Counted from the first letter of the stretch, positions 27,958-37,600 are shown. The stretch: 64,000 nucleotides of DNA from an uncultured Actinomycetota bacterium (GCA_963826705.1 CAWGYF010000022.1:2099-66098), one strand, 5' to 3'. Notes: generated by a model not told the origin, from the sequence alone. Translations and numbers: made by a program.

Positions 27958-29229
27958 ATGCGCTGTGCGGCGGCGGATCGTAGGGTCGCACGCATGCACC
28001 CGGTCCGGCGGCTCCGCACCGATCTGCGGACCCTGCTGAGCAGAGCAGAATCGGCCTCGCCCGTCGAGGCGATCGACGTGATGGCCGACGAGCTCGCCGC
28101 GATGCTCGAAGCGGACGACCTGTGCTTCCTGATCATGGATCTGACCGGCCGCGCCGTCGCCCGGTTCGGTGGGATGAACGCCAACGCCGCCCGCGAACAG
28201 CAACAGGGTGTCGAGCACGCGCCGATCGTCCCCCTGCCGGGCACGGTGTACGAGAAGGTGCTGCGCACCCAGGTGCCTGATCTGCGCACCAATGGGTCAG
28301 GGCACTACAGGCTGGTGGTACCGGTCACCGACCGTGGCGACGCCATGGGTGTGATCGAGATGGACCTGCCGTGGGAGCCCGGGCCGCTCGAGGTCAAGGA
28401 CGTCCAGGACTGCGCCCGCGCGCTCGCCTACGTCGTCGTCGGCTGTCGGCGCCACACCGACCTGTTCGAGTGGGCGCAGCGGTCGCTGCCGTTCTCCCTC
28501 GCCGCTGAGATCCAGCGGCGGCTGCTGCCCGCCGCCTTCACCTGCGAGGCAGGCCAGCTCACCGTCTCCGGCTGGCTGGAGCCCGCCAACGCGGTCGGTG
28601 GCGACACGTTCGACTACTCCCTCGACCGCGACACCCTGCACGTGTCCATCACCGACGCGGTCGGGCACGACGTGCATGCTGCGATGCTCGCCACATTATT
28701 GGTCGGCAGTTTGCGTAACGGTCGAAGGAGTGACCTCGATCTGCTCGCGCAGGCGGCGGGCGCGAACGACGCGCTGGTCGCGCACTCGGGAACGGGCGAC
28801 TTCGTCACCGGACAGCTCGTCCGCGTCGACCGCCATCGCGCCCGCATGTCGATCGTCAACGCGGGGCACCCGTTCCCATTCCGGGTGCGAAAAGGTGTCG
28901 TAGAACGGATCAAGCTTCCCATCGACATGCCTTTCGGCGTCGTTGCGGGTCGCAGCTTCATGGTTGAGCAGGTCCCGCTCACGCCGGGTGACCGTATTGT
29001 GCTGGTCACCGACGGTCTTCTCGAGCGCAACGCCGAGACGCTCGACATCGCGGGCCTGCTGGCCGAAACTGCCGACCGCCATCCGCGAGAAGTGGTCTAC
29101 ACGCTGGGCGAAGAGGTGTTGCGGGCCACCGGTCGTGATCTTCGTGACGACGCCACCGTCGTGTGCATCGATTGGCACGGAGGTCCGATTCACGGTCGGG
29201 TGGCGACCCCGATAGACGGGACCTCCTGA
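27958..29229 (+). CDS. PP2C/SpoIIE-family serine phosphatase with N-terminal GAF-like sensor
   Basis: ..GGDTFDYSLDRDTLHVSITDAVGHDVHAAMLATL..RIVLVTDGLLE..DDATVVCIDW. The start may be ATG 27994. Confidence 0.8.
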   Translation: MRCAAADRRVARMHPVRRLRTDLRTLLSRAESASPVEAIDVMADELAAMLEADDLCFLIMDLTGRAVARFGGMNANAAREQQQGVEHAPIVPLPGTVYEKVLRTQVPDLRTNGSGHYRLVVPVTDRGDAMGVIEMDLPWEPGPLEVKDVQDCARALAYVVVGCRRHTDLFEWAQRSLPFSLAAEIQRRLLPAAFTCEAGQLTVSGWLEPANAVGGDTFDYSLDRDTLHVSITDAVGHDVHAAMLATLLVGSLRNGRRSDLDLLAQAAGANDALVAHSGTGDFVTGQLVRVDRHRARMSIVNAGHPFPFRVRKGVVERIKLPIDMPFGVVAGRSFMVEQVPLTPGDRIVLVTDGLLERNAETLDIAGLLAETADRHPREVVYTLGEEVLRATGRDLRDDATVVCIDWHGGPIHGRVATPIDGTS

Positions 29230-29350
29230 TCGTTTCCTTTCCGTTATCGGTTACGTTCCGCGTCGCGGCGCCACCGAGATCGGTCGGACCGCATCATCGG
29301 CGCGGGATGGTCGGACGGCTCCCCACCAGAGTCCGACCACGGGGAGGAGT

Positions 29351-31024
29351 GTGCGGATGTCGAGGCATCGAGCACCGAGTCGGGCCACAGGTCGGTGGCA
29401 AAGCGAGGCGCTACGCCGGACGGCACGGGCAGGTGTGGCCATCGCGCTGGTGGCCAGCGGTGTCGTGGCCTGCACCACCAGCAACACGCCACCACAGCCT
29501 CGCACCGCCGTCGTCCAACGTACGTCGATCACCAGCGGCGTCTCGGCGACCGGATCGCTGGCGTCGGCCACCGAGCAGAACCTGGGGTTCGTCAAGGGTG
29601 GCCAGCTCACGGCCGTCAACGTGAAGGTCGGCGACACCGTCACACCCGGCGAGATCTTGGCCACGGTCGACCCGTTCTCGGCGCGCCAGACGCTCGCCCA
29701 GGCCCAGTCGCAGCTCGACTCCGAGCGGGCCGCGCTCGACAAGATCACCTCGTCGCCGGTCGTGGGGGGCTCGCAGGACACCCTCGACCAGGCCAAGACG
29801 ATCCTCCAGCGCACCAAGGACCAGGCCGACGCGGTGCAGTCAGCCGACCAGACAGCGATCGACAACGCCAACCGCCAGCTGGACCAGGCCAAGAAGGTGC
29901 TGAACCGCGCGCAGGACCAGCTCAGCAGCGACCAGTCGGCATGCAGGTCGGCGAGCTCCGCGACGCCGACCTCCGCGCCGCCGACCCCCAGGATGCCGAC
30001 CTCCGCGACGCCGACGACGAAGCCAGCCTCGAGCCAACTCGCGATCCACGCCTTCAGTGCGGTCAGCGCGATGAGCGCCGTCACAACACCCGCGGCGTGC
30101 ACGGCGGTCGCGAGCGACCAGGCGGCCGTCACCATGGCGAAGAGCAACGTCGTCGCCGCCTGCGCCGCCGTCGCCGACGCGAAGAAGAAGAAGGAGGTCG
30201 ACGACCAGAGCGGCAAGCTGGCGGTGGCCAACGCCGAGCAGTCGGTGGTCAGCGCGCAGAACGCGCTGAACTCGGCCGCGTCCGACCGGCCACCCTCGAT
30301 CGCCCAGCAGGCCGCGCAGGTGGCAGCCGCCCAGGCCGTCGTGAACTCGGCCGCCCGCGACCTCGACGACACGACCTTGCGCGCACCTGTCGGTGGGGTC
30401 GTCTCGGCTCTCAACGGGGCCGTGGGCGAGTTCGTCGCTGCGAGCTCGGGGATCTCCGCGTTGGCACCTGGCAGCGACGCGAGCATCCCGGGAACCGGCG
30501 GCGTATCGGGCGCTCCAGCGGCCGCGGGCGGTGCCGCGACTCCGACGCGGCCCGGCGGCACACAGTTCCTCGTGCTCGACAACGTCGACGAGTTCCAGGT
30601 GGTGCTGGCCTTCGCGGAGACCGACGCGTCGAGCATCGCCCAGGGCCAGAAGGTGAACCTCACCTTCGATGCGGTTCCGGATCTCAACCTGAGCGGATCG
30701 GTGCTCTCGGTCGCGCCGAGCGGCACCGCCATCTCCGGTGTGATCAGCTATTATGTGACTGTCGTCCTTCCCGAGGCCGACCCGCGCCTCAAGAGCGGGA
30801 TGACCGCGCAGGCCGAGGTCCTCACCAAGGAGATCCCCGATGTGCTGGCGGTGCCCAGCGCGGCTGTGCACTCACAGAACGGCTCAAGCGTGGTGACCGT
30901 GCTCCAACCCGACGGCACGCAGCGTTCGGTCCCGGTCCAACCGGGGGCGACGGGCGACGGCAAGACCCAGATCGTCTCCGGTCTGCAGGAGGGGCAGCAG
31001 GTCGTGCTGCCTGCGGCGCCATGA
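29351..31024 (+). CDS. HlyD/MacA-type periplasmic adaptor protein with a long coiled-coil and low-complexity insert
   Basis: Lipoyl-like GGQLTAVNVKVGDTVTPGEILATVDP, coiled-coil QAQSQLDSERAALD.., TTLRAPVGGVVSALNG, and a C-terminal beta-barrel region. Confidence 0.75.
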   Translation: MRMSRHRAPSRATGRWQSEALRRTARAGVAIALVASGVVACTTSNTPPQPRTAVVQRTSITSGVSATGSLASATEQNLGFVKGGQLTAVNVKVGDTVTPGEILATVDPFSARQTLAQAQSQLDSERAALDKITSSPVVGGSQDTLDQAKTILQRTKDQADAVQSADQTAIDNANRQLDQAKKVLNRAQDQLSSDQSACRSASSATPTSAPPTPRMPTSATPTTKPASSQLAIHAFSAVSAMSAVTTPAACTAVASDQAAVTMAKSNVVAACAAVADAKKKKEVDDQSGKLAVANAEQSVVSAQNALNSAASDRPPSIAQQAAQVAAAQAVVNSAARDLDDTTLRAPVGGVVSALNGAVGEFVAASSGISALAPGSDASIPGTGGVSGAPAAAGGAATPTRPGGTQFLVLDNVDEFQVVLAFAETDASSIAQGQKVNLTFDAVPDLNLSGSVLSVAPSGTAISGVISYYVTVVLPEADPRLKSGMTAQAEVLTKEIPDVLAVPSAAVHSQNGSSVVTVLQPDGTQRSVPVQPGATGDGKTQIVSGLQEGQQVVLPAAP

Positions 31025-31743
31025 GCGAGCAGACCACCCCGACCGCGGCGGCGCCCGCACCCCCGCCGCCGCCGGGGCGCCGCAAGATGAAGCGCAGCAC
31101 CCGGATCAGCCTCCTGGTCATCCTGATCGTCGCCGTCTTGATCGCAAGCGCGATCGCGGCGAGCTACTTCATCAACTCGCGCAACTACGTCACAACCGAC
31201 AACGCGCAGGTCGACGGCGACAAGATCTCGATCAACGCGCCGAACTCGGGCACGCTCATCGACTGGAGCGCGAAGCAGGGCACCGTGTTGCACGAGAACG
31301 ACGTGGTCGGTCGGATCAAGATCCAGGGCGGCTTCGTGCAGCCGCAGCAGAGCATCCGTGCGCCTGCCGACGCCACGGTCGTGGTCGACGACGGCGTCGA
31401 GGGCGCCTTCGTGGCCGCGGGCACCCAGCTCGCGATCGCTTACGACTTCTCCAAGCTGTTCGTGACGGCCAGGGTCGACGAGACCGACATCGATGCCGTC
31501 CACTCGGGCCAGAAGGTCGACATCTCCGTCGACGCCTTCCCCAACGCCTCCCTCACCGGCACGGTCTCGGAGATCCAGGGCGGCGCGGCGGGGGTGTTCT
31601 CGCTGTTCCCTCAGGCCAACACGTCGGGCAACTTCCAGAAGGTCACCCAGGTCATTCCGGTCAAGATTGCGCTCTCGAGCACGGACAACCTGTCGCTGGT
31701 GCCGGGCATGAACGTGTCCGTCAAGATCCACAAGAACAGCTGA
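31021..31743 (+). CDS. HlyD family secretion protein (short EmrA-like adaptor)
   Basis: ATGA overlap with the upstream adaptor. TM anchor ISLLVILIVAVLIASAIAA, then TTDNAQVDGDKISINAPNSGTL and FVTARVDETDIDAVHSGQKVDISVDAF. Confidence 0.75.
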   Translation: MSEQTTPTAAAPAPPPPPGRRKMKRSTRISLLVILIVAVLIASAIAASYFINSRNYVTTDNAQVDGDKISINAPNSGTLIDWSAKQGTVLHENDVVGRIKIQGGFVQPQQSIRAPADATVVVDDGVEGAFVAAGTQLAIAYDFSKLFVTARVDETDIDAVHSGQKVDISVDAFPNASLTGTVSEIQGGAAGVFSLFPQANTSGNFQKVTQVIPVKIALSSTDNLSLVPGMNVSVKIHKNS

Positions 31744-31771
31744 CACGCCAGGGCGCGGGGCCCAGCATGGA

Positions 31772-31819
31772 GATCTTGTTGCGTCTCGGGGGCCATAGCG
31801 ACCGAAACGCAACAAGATC
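31772..31819. terminator. 13-bp-stem hairpin between convergent adaptor and MFS genes
   Basis: GATCTTGTTGCGT-(22 nt)-ACGCAACAAGATC. Confidence 0.55.
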
Positions 31820-31855
31820 GTCGCGGATCTGCCGCCGGCGCCGCCCGCTGTCTGA

Positions 31856-33367
31856 TCAGTGCGCGGCGCTCGCGGCCGCCCCGGCGTCGCCACCGGCCTT
31901 GACCGCCGGGCCGGTGCGCAGCAGGAAGGCCAGCGCCACTCCGACCAGGGTGAGCACCGACGTGATGATCATCAGCTGGTCGAGCGCGGCGACGAACACC
32001 TGGGTCTGGGTCTGGGTGTAGGTCGCGTACATGCCGACCATCTCCCCCGAGGAGCCCGGGAGCAGAGAGGGCATCGGCGTGTCGCTCCCGATCAACGACG
32101 TGCGGTCGCCGAGCATCTGAGCCCGCTGCGTCGTCATCAGCGCCGTCAGCACAGCCAGTCCGAGGGCGGCCGCACTGCGCTGGACCACGTTGTTGAACGC
32201 GCTCGCCGCTCCGACCTTTATCACCGGGACGGCTGCCACACCGCTTGTCATGATCGGCATCATGGCCAGACCCATCCCGCTGGCGCGCAGTGCCAGCAGC
32301 CAGGCAATCTCCCCACGTGACGTGTCGAGCGTCAGGTCGTGCAGCAGGTAGGTGCCGATCGCGACGACCGTCAGCCCGATCACGGCAGGCCACCGCGGCC
32401 CGATCTTGTCGTACAGCCTGCCCGCGATCGGCATCAAGACCGCCATCACCAACGCCTGCGGCAACAGCAACAGCCCGGCGGCGAAGGCGCCGAGCCCCTG
32501 GGCCTGTTGCAGGAACAGCGGCACGTAGAACAGCACCGCGAAGAGGCCGACCATGAGCACGGAGATCAGCAGAAGCGAGTTGGTGAACGGCCAGTAGCGG
32601 AACACCCGCACGTCCAGCAGCGGATACTCGACCTGCAGCTCGATAACGACGAACAGCGCCAGGAGGATCGGTGCGGCCGCGAGCAAGATGATGATGCGGT
32701 AGGACGTCCAACCCCAGTCTTCGCCCTCCGAAAGAGCCAGGAGCAGCGCGAACAGTCCGCCCGCGATCGTGATGAAGCCCAGCACGTCGAAGCGTCTGGC
32801 TTTGGCCGACGCGAACTTGGGCAGCACGATCACCGCCGCGATGGCGCCGAGGATGCCGACGGGAACGTTGATGAAGAAGATCAGCCGCCAGTCGACGTAC
32901 TCCACCAGGTAGCCGCCCAGGGTGGGGCCGATCGCCGGAGCCACGATGATCCCGAGGCCGTACATCCCCATGGCCTGGCCGATCTTCTCCTTCGGCACGA
33001 TCCGGTAGAGCATCGACAGGGTCACCACCGGCAGGATTCCGCCGGGGATGGCCTGGATGATCCGGAAGACGACCATGCTCTCGAGGCTCCAGGCGAGCCC
33101 GCAGAGCGCCGAGCCCGCCGCGAACAGCAGCAGCGCCCAGTTGTACACACGCGCAACGCCGAACCGGTCGGACAGCCACGCGCTCAGCGGCACGACCACA
33201 CCCAGCACGAGCGTGTAGGAGGTGGCGATCCACTGGACCTTGTCGGTGGTGGTGCCGAAGACGTTCTGGATCGTCGGGATCGCTACGTTGACGATGCTCG
33301 TGTCCAAGATCGACATGAACATGCCGACGATCAGCACGACCAGCGGCAGGCCCCACCCATGCGCCAT
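31856..33367 (-). CDS. DHA2-family (EmrB/QacA-type, 14-TMS) MFS drug:proton antiporter
   Basis: MAHGWGLPLVVLIVGMFMSILDTSIVNVAIPTI..LSDRFGVARVY..IIQAIPGGIL. The start could instead be GTG 33493. Confidence 0.85.
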   Translation of the reverse strand: MAHGWGLPLVVLIVGMFMSILDTSIVNVAIPTIQNVFGTTTDKVQWIATSYTLVLGVVVPLSAWLSDRFGVARVYNWALLLFAAGSALCGLAWSLESMVVFRIIQAIPGGILPVVTLSMLYRIVPKEKIGQAMGMYGLGIIVAPAIGPTLGGYLVEYVDWRLIFFINVPVGILGAIAAVIVLPKFASAKARRFDVLGFITIAGGLFALLLALSEGEDWGWTSYRIIILLAAAPILLALFVVIELQVEYPLLDVRVFRYWPFTNSLLLISVLMVGLFAVLFYVPLFLQQAQGLGAFAAGLLLLPQALVMAVLMPIAGRLYDKIGPRWPAVIGLTVVAIGTYLLHDLTLDTSRGEIAWLLALRASGMGLAMMPIMTSGVAAVPVIKVGAASAFNNVVQRSAAALGLAVLTALMTTQRAQMLGDRTSLIGSDTPMPSLLPGSSGEMVGMYATYTQTQTQVFVAALDQLMIITSVLTLVGVALAFLLRTGPAVKAGGDAGAAASAAH

Positions 33368-33554
33368 GGTCTCCGACGCTGCTGGTGCGGGTGGCGCGGG
33401 CGCACGACCGACGGCTTCGACAGGCTCGGGGGCACGCGGGGGCGCAGTCTGGACCGCGACCGGCGCCGTCACCGGCAGATCATCGACGGACACCCCTCGA
33501 GTGTCCCACGCTCGGGGCCGTCGCGTCGGCGCTCGCACTTGGGTAGAAACAGGA

Positions 33555-35063
33555 ATGACCGAAACCGCGGCAGACCCCACCTCGGAGAATGTTCCCGCTG
33601 TCCCGTTCGGCACGAATGCCCGCCTTGGCCGAGCGGTCGAGGTCAGCACGTCCGCCGGGATCGTGCGTGGCCGGTCGGTCGACGGCGTGGCCCGTTTCCT
33701 GGGCGTTCCCTTCGCCGCCCCGCCCGTCGGCGCGCTGCGCTTCGCCGCCCCCGCACCCGTCCGACCGTGGACCGGCGTGCGGGACGCCACCGCGCCGGGG
33801 CCGAACGCGCCCCAAGGCAGCCGCGCCATCCCGGGCATCGACCTCAGCCCGATCATCGGCAACGGCTGGCGCGCGGGCGAGGACTACCTGACGCTGGACG
33901 TCTGGACCCCGGATCCGGCCGCGACAGGCCTACCGGTGATGGTGTTCATCCACGGGGGGTCGTTCATCGCGGGCGAGCCGGGGGCGCCCGTGTACGACGG
34001 GAGCGCGCTGGCCCACGCGGGTGTGGTGATCGTCGCCGTCACCTACCGCCTCGGTGTCGAGGGCTTCCTGCCGCTGGCGGGCGGGGCGACGAACATCGGG
34101 CTGCGCGACCAGCTCGCCGCGCTGGCGTGGGTGCAGGACAACGCCGCCGCGTTCGGCGGGGATCCCGCCGCGGTCACGGTCTTCGCCGAGTCGGCAGGCG
34201 GGATGTCGCTCGGCTGTCTGCTCGGTTCACCGCTCTCCCGTGGCCTGTTCCGGCGCGCGATCGTGCAGAGCGGCGGCGCCGAGATGGTCCGCAGCATCCC
34301 GCTCGCCGCCCGCTTCGCCGCGAGGGTGGCCGCCGAGCTGGGCGTCGCACCCGGGGCCGCGGCGCTGCGGGAGCTGCCGGTCGAGACGACTGTGGCCGCG
34401 CAGGAGGTGATGAGCGATCCGCGGCGGCGCGGCGATCTGCGTGAGCCGGACGGGATCGACCCCGGTTTCGGCCTCGGCGGCTTTATGCCGGTGGTCGGCG
34501 ACGACGTCCTCCCCCGCCCTCCGCTCGACGCCGTCGCTTCCGGGTCCGCCGCCGACGTCGACCTCGTCGTCGGCAGCAACAGCGAGGAGATGAACCTCTA
34601 CTACGTGCCGACCGGCGTCGCCGACGCCGTCACCATGGAGCAGGTCCGTGCCCTGCTCGCCGCGGTGCATCCGCGACCAGAGGAACTGTTGTCCGACCCC
34701 GCCGCCAGCCCGGGCGACGCGCTGACCCGCGCGATGAACGATCTCGTGTTCCACGGCCCCGCCCGGCGGCTCGCACAGGCGCACGCGGGCACCGGGGCGG
34801 GTCGGACGTACGCCTACGACTTCGCCTGGCGCTCGTCGGCGTTTGGCGGACGGCTCGGCGCCTGCCACGGTCTCGAGCTGCCGTTCGTCTTCGGCACCCT
34901 GTCCGCCGCGACCGGAGGACAGGAGGCGATGCTCGGCGAAGCGCCGCCGCAGGCGCTCGCCGAGCGCATGGGCCTGGCATGGACCGAGTTCGCCCGCACC
35001 GGCGACCCCGGTTGGCCCGCGTACCGCGCCGACTCCCCCCACACAGCCCGCATCGGCGCCTGA
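33555..35063 (+). CDS. type-B carboxylesterase (para-nitrobenzyl esterase-like)
   Basis: ATG 33555. Motifs: FLGVPFAAPPVGALRF, VMVFIHGGSFIAGE and the nucleophile FAESAGG. Confidence 0.85.
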   Translation: MTETAADPTSENVPAVPFGTNARLGRAVEVSTSAGIVRGRSVDGVARFLGVPFAAPPVGALRFAAPAPVRPWTGVRDATAPGPNAPQGSRAIPGIDLSPIIGNGWRAGEDYLTLDVWTPDPAATGLPVMVFIHGGSFIAGEPGAPVYDGSALAHAGVVIVAVTYRLGVEGFLPLAGGATNIGLRDQLAALAWVQDNAAAFGGDPAAVTVFAESAGGMSLGCLLGSPLSRGLFRRAIVQSGGAEMVRSIPLAARFAARVAAELGVAPGAAALRELPVETTVAAQEVMSDPRRRGDLREPDGIDPGFGLGGFMPVVGDDVLPRPPLDAVASGSAADVDLVVGSNSEEMNLYYVPTGVADAVTMEQVRALLAAVHPRPEELLSDPAASPGDALTRAMNDLVFHGPARRLAQAHAGTGAGRTYAYDFAWRSSAFGGRLGACHGLELPFVFGTLSAATGGQEAMLGEAPPQALAERMGLAWTEFARTGDPGWPAYRADSPHTARIGA

Positions 35064-35074
35064 TCCCGGGGCCG

Positions 35075-35184
35075 CCGTGGCGAAACCGCGGACTCGCCGT
35101 GGCGAAACCGCGGACTCGCCGTGGCGAAACCGCGGACTCGCCGTGGCGAAACCGCGGGCTCGCCGTGGCGAATCGGCCAACACG
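35075..35184. repeat. 22-bp tandem repeat, 4 near-perfect copies plus 1-2 degenerate
   Basis: CCGTGGCGAAACCGCGGACTCG is repeated head to tail immediately after the esterase stop. Confidence 0.85.
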
Positions 35185-35275
35185 CCGTGGCGGGGCGCTG
35201 GACTCACCCGTCGGGGACCGCGCCCCACAGGGTGAGTCCAGCAGTCCACCACGCCGAACCCGCCGATTCGCCACG
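35164..35275. terminator. nested ~110-bp imperfect palindrome between convergent genes
   Basis: The outer arms are CGTGGCGAATCGG (35164-35176) and CCGATTCGCCACG (35263-35275). The inner 13-bp stem is GCTGGACTCACCC (35197-35209) paired with GGGTGAGTCCAGC (35230-35242). Confidence 0.6.
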
Positions 35276-35294
35276 CTCAGTCCGGCTTCTCGCG

Positions 35295-37124
35295 CTACTC
35301 CCCGAGGAAGCCACCCGACTGCCGCTGCCACAGCTGGGCGTAGCTGCCGCCCTGGGCCAGCAGCTCGGCGTGGGTGCCCTCCTCGACCGCGCGGCCGTGG
35401 TCGAGCACCACGAGCCGGTCCATCCCGGCCACGGTGCTCAGCCGGTGGGCCACCGCGATCGCCGTCCGGCCCTCCATCATGGTCCAGAGGGCGTTCTGGA
35501 TGTGCGCCTCGCTCTCCGAGTCGAGCGCGCTCGTCGCCTCGTCGAGCAACAGGATCGGCGCGTCGCGCAGGATCGCCCGCGCGATGGCCACCCGCTGCCG
35601 CTGCCCGCCCGACAGCTTCACGCCGCGCTCGCCGACGAGCGTGTCGAAGCCCTCCGGCAGGCCCTCGACGAACTCCAGCACGTGCGCCGCGTCGGCCGCC
35701 GCCCTGATCTGCGCGTGGGTGGCGCCCGGCCTGCCGAATGCGATGTTCTCCCCGAGCGTGCGGTGGAACATCACCGGATCCTGCGGGACGTAGGCGATGA
35801 GGCTGCGCAGGTCGGCCTGCGACATCTGGGAGATGTCCTGGCCGCCGACGAGGATCCGCCCGCCGTCCACGTCCATCAGCCGCAGGAGCAGGCGCACGAC
35901 CGACGTCTTGCCGCCGCCGGACCGACCGACCAGCCCGACCCGCTCCCCGTGCGCCACCCGCAGGTCGAGCCCGTCGAACAGCGGCTCCCGGTTGCCCGCG
36001 TGGGTGAACCGCACGCCGTCGAGCACGACGGTCGCCGAGCCTGCCGTGAGCGGCTCCGGTGACTCCGGGTCGAGCACGGTCGGCGGGTCGAGCAGGAGCT
36101 CGGCGAACTGCGCCGCCTCCGTGAGGGTGCGCTCGAGCTGGCGGAAGATCTGGTTGAAGTCGAAAAGGATCTTGGAGGCCTGGATGAGGTAGGCGAACGC
36201 GACGACGATCGCCGCCACCCCCGGACCACCCGGCCTGCTCGCCACCGCGACGGCCAGCATCAGCCCGACCACGTTGGCGATGATCGACAACGGCGCGACG
36301 ACCGTGTCGATGCGCAGGTTGTGGTAGTCCCAGGTCAGCAGGGTGAGCCTGCGGTGGTTCGAGACGCGCCGTCGGTGCTCCGCGGCCTCGCGCTGCTCAG
36401 AGGCGTACGCGCGCACCGCGTCCATGTTGCTCAGCGTGTCCGAGACGTGCCCCGACAGCCGCGCCCACGACGCCTCCCGCGCGTCCACGAGCGCCTGCCT
36501 GCGGCGGATCAGCGGGGTGACGATCGCGGCGGTGACCGCGAGGATCCCGAGCAGCACGGCGACCAGCAGCGGGTCGTACTGCCACAGCACCACCGAGGCG
36601 AAGGCCAGTGGAACGACGTTCGCGACGATCTGGAACGAGAGGGTGTCGACGAAGTCCTCGTACTCCGAGGCGTAGCTGAGCACCCGCTTCGTCAACGACC
36701 CCGCGAAGTTCTCGTGGAAGAACGCCGCGTCCTTGGCCAGCAGCGCGTCCATGCCGCTGATCGAGAGCCGCTCGATCCCGTACGCGTCGGCACGGTTGAG
36801 GAAATGGATCCCCGCCCGCCACAGCAGCTCGCCCGCCAGCAGCGCGCCCGCGAACGTAACGACGTAGGGCGTCAGCGTGGCGGGCGTGAGCGTCGTGCCC
36901 ACGGCGAGGCGCCCGACGAGCTGGGCGACCACCAGTGGTGGCAGGTAGTTGAGGCAGATGTTGCCCAGGGCGGGCAGCAGCAATGCGCCGCAGGCGATCG
37001 GCCAGTTGGCGCGCAGCTCACCGAGGTAGAGCCGCAGCGCGAGGCGCAGCGCAGAGCGCCGCCGCCCCGGGGCGACCGACGCGGTCGCAACGGGCGTCGG
37101 ACGCTCGGTGGTCGTGGCAGACAC
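35295..37124 (-). CDS. ABC exporter, fused permease/ATPase (MsbA-type half transporter)
   Basis: GTG 37124 lies 8 nt after AGGGAGGG. There are 6 TM segments, then Walker A GRSGGGKTS, the signature LSGGQRQR and Walker B ILLLDEATSALD. Confidence 0.9.
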   Translation of the reverse strand: MSATTTERPTPVATASVAPGRRRSALRLALRLYLGELRANWPIACGALLLPALGNICLNYLPPLVVAQLVGRLAVGTTLTPATLTPYVVTFAGALLAGELLWRAGIHFLNRADAYGIERLSISGMDALLAKDAAFFHENFAGSLTKRVLSYASEYEDFVDTLSFQIVANVVPLAFASVVLWQYDPLLVAVLLGILAVTAAIVTPLIRRRQALVDAREASWARLSGHVSDTLSNMDAVRAYASEQREAAEHRRRVSNHRRLTLLTWDYHNLRIDTVVAPLSIIANVVGLMLAVAVASRPGGPGVAAIVVAFAYLIQASKILFDFNQIFRQLERTLTEAAQFAELLLDPPTVLDPESPEPLTAGSATVVLDGVRFTHAGNREPLFDGLDLRVAHGERVGLVGRSGGGKTSVVRLLLRLMDVDGGRILVGGQDISQMSQADLRSLIAYVPQDPVMFHRTLGENIAFGRPGATHAQIRAAADAAHVLEFVEGLPEGFDTLVGERGVKLSGGQRQRVAIARAILRDAPILLLDEATSALDSESEAHIQNALWTMMEGRTAIAVAHRLSTVAGMDRLVVLDHGRAVEEGTHAELLAQGGSYAQLWQRQSGGFLGE

Positions 37125-37231
37125 CGTGCATCCCTCCCTGACGTTGCCGGTGACGACCCCATGGTCGGCCTGGCGGGAGGAACGGTCCACCGGGTTTCCC
37201 CTGCATTGTCCCGCCGCCCCCATGCGCATTC

Positions 37232-37392
37232 GGCCGTGTCCCGCGGATCAGCGACCGCGGTCTTCGCGCCCAGGCGGCCCCTGGCTTCGTTGTCGGACGA
37301 CTCGAGTACGCCCGGTACGAGAGCCGCCCTCCGCCTTGGCAGGAACCGCCCGGATCACGAAGCCCATCGGCCTTGATCCGCGGGACACGGCC
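37232..37392. mobile_element. 161-bp MITE-like element with perfect 19-bp terminal inverted repeats
   Basis: GGCCGTGTCCCGCGGATCA (37232-37250) pairs with TGATCCGCGGGACACGGCC (37374-37392). A solo end homolog lies at 27594-27632. Confidence 0.7.
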
Positions 37393-37600
37393 TAAGAGGG
37401 TCTCAACGATCAGGACGTCACAGGTGGCGTTCCTGATGACGTCGCCGGGCACGGAGCCCAGCAGACTGCCCGTCAGCGCGCCCAGCCCACGGGTCGCCGA
37501 CCACGATGAGGTCGGTTTCCGGGTTGTCGGCCGCTTCGAGAAGGACGTCGGCGGGTTGTCCGGCGACCACCCGCTGTTGCACTTCCGGGATGCGGCCCCG
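37393..37600 (-). pseudogene. universal stress protein remnant (C-terminal part, frameshifted, native stop lost)
   Basis: Two minus-strand frames together read ..VVAGQPADVLLEAADNPETDLIVVG / ATRGLGALTGSLLGSVPGDVIRNATCDVLIVE, the USP C-terminal motif. The N-terminal ~80 aa are absent, and the reading frame runs into the MITE-like TIR. Confidence 0.55.

Noticed and set aside
29251-30732. Minus-strand 493-aa ORF with a membrane-like stretch (MVTAAWSLATAVHAAGVVTALIALTALKAWIASWLEAGFVVGV) inside the adaptor gene.
   Set aside because: This is the antisense frame whose third codon positions coincide with those of the adaptor gene, so its G/C third-position signal is inherited. The plus-strand frame carries the HlyD motifs.
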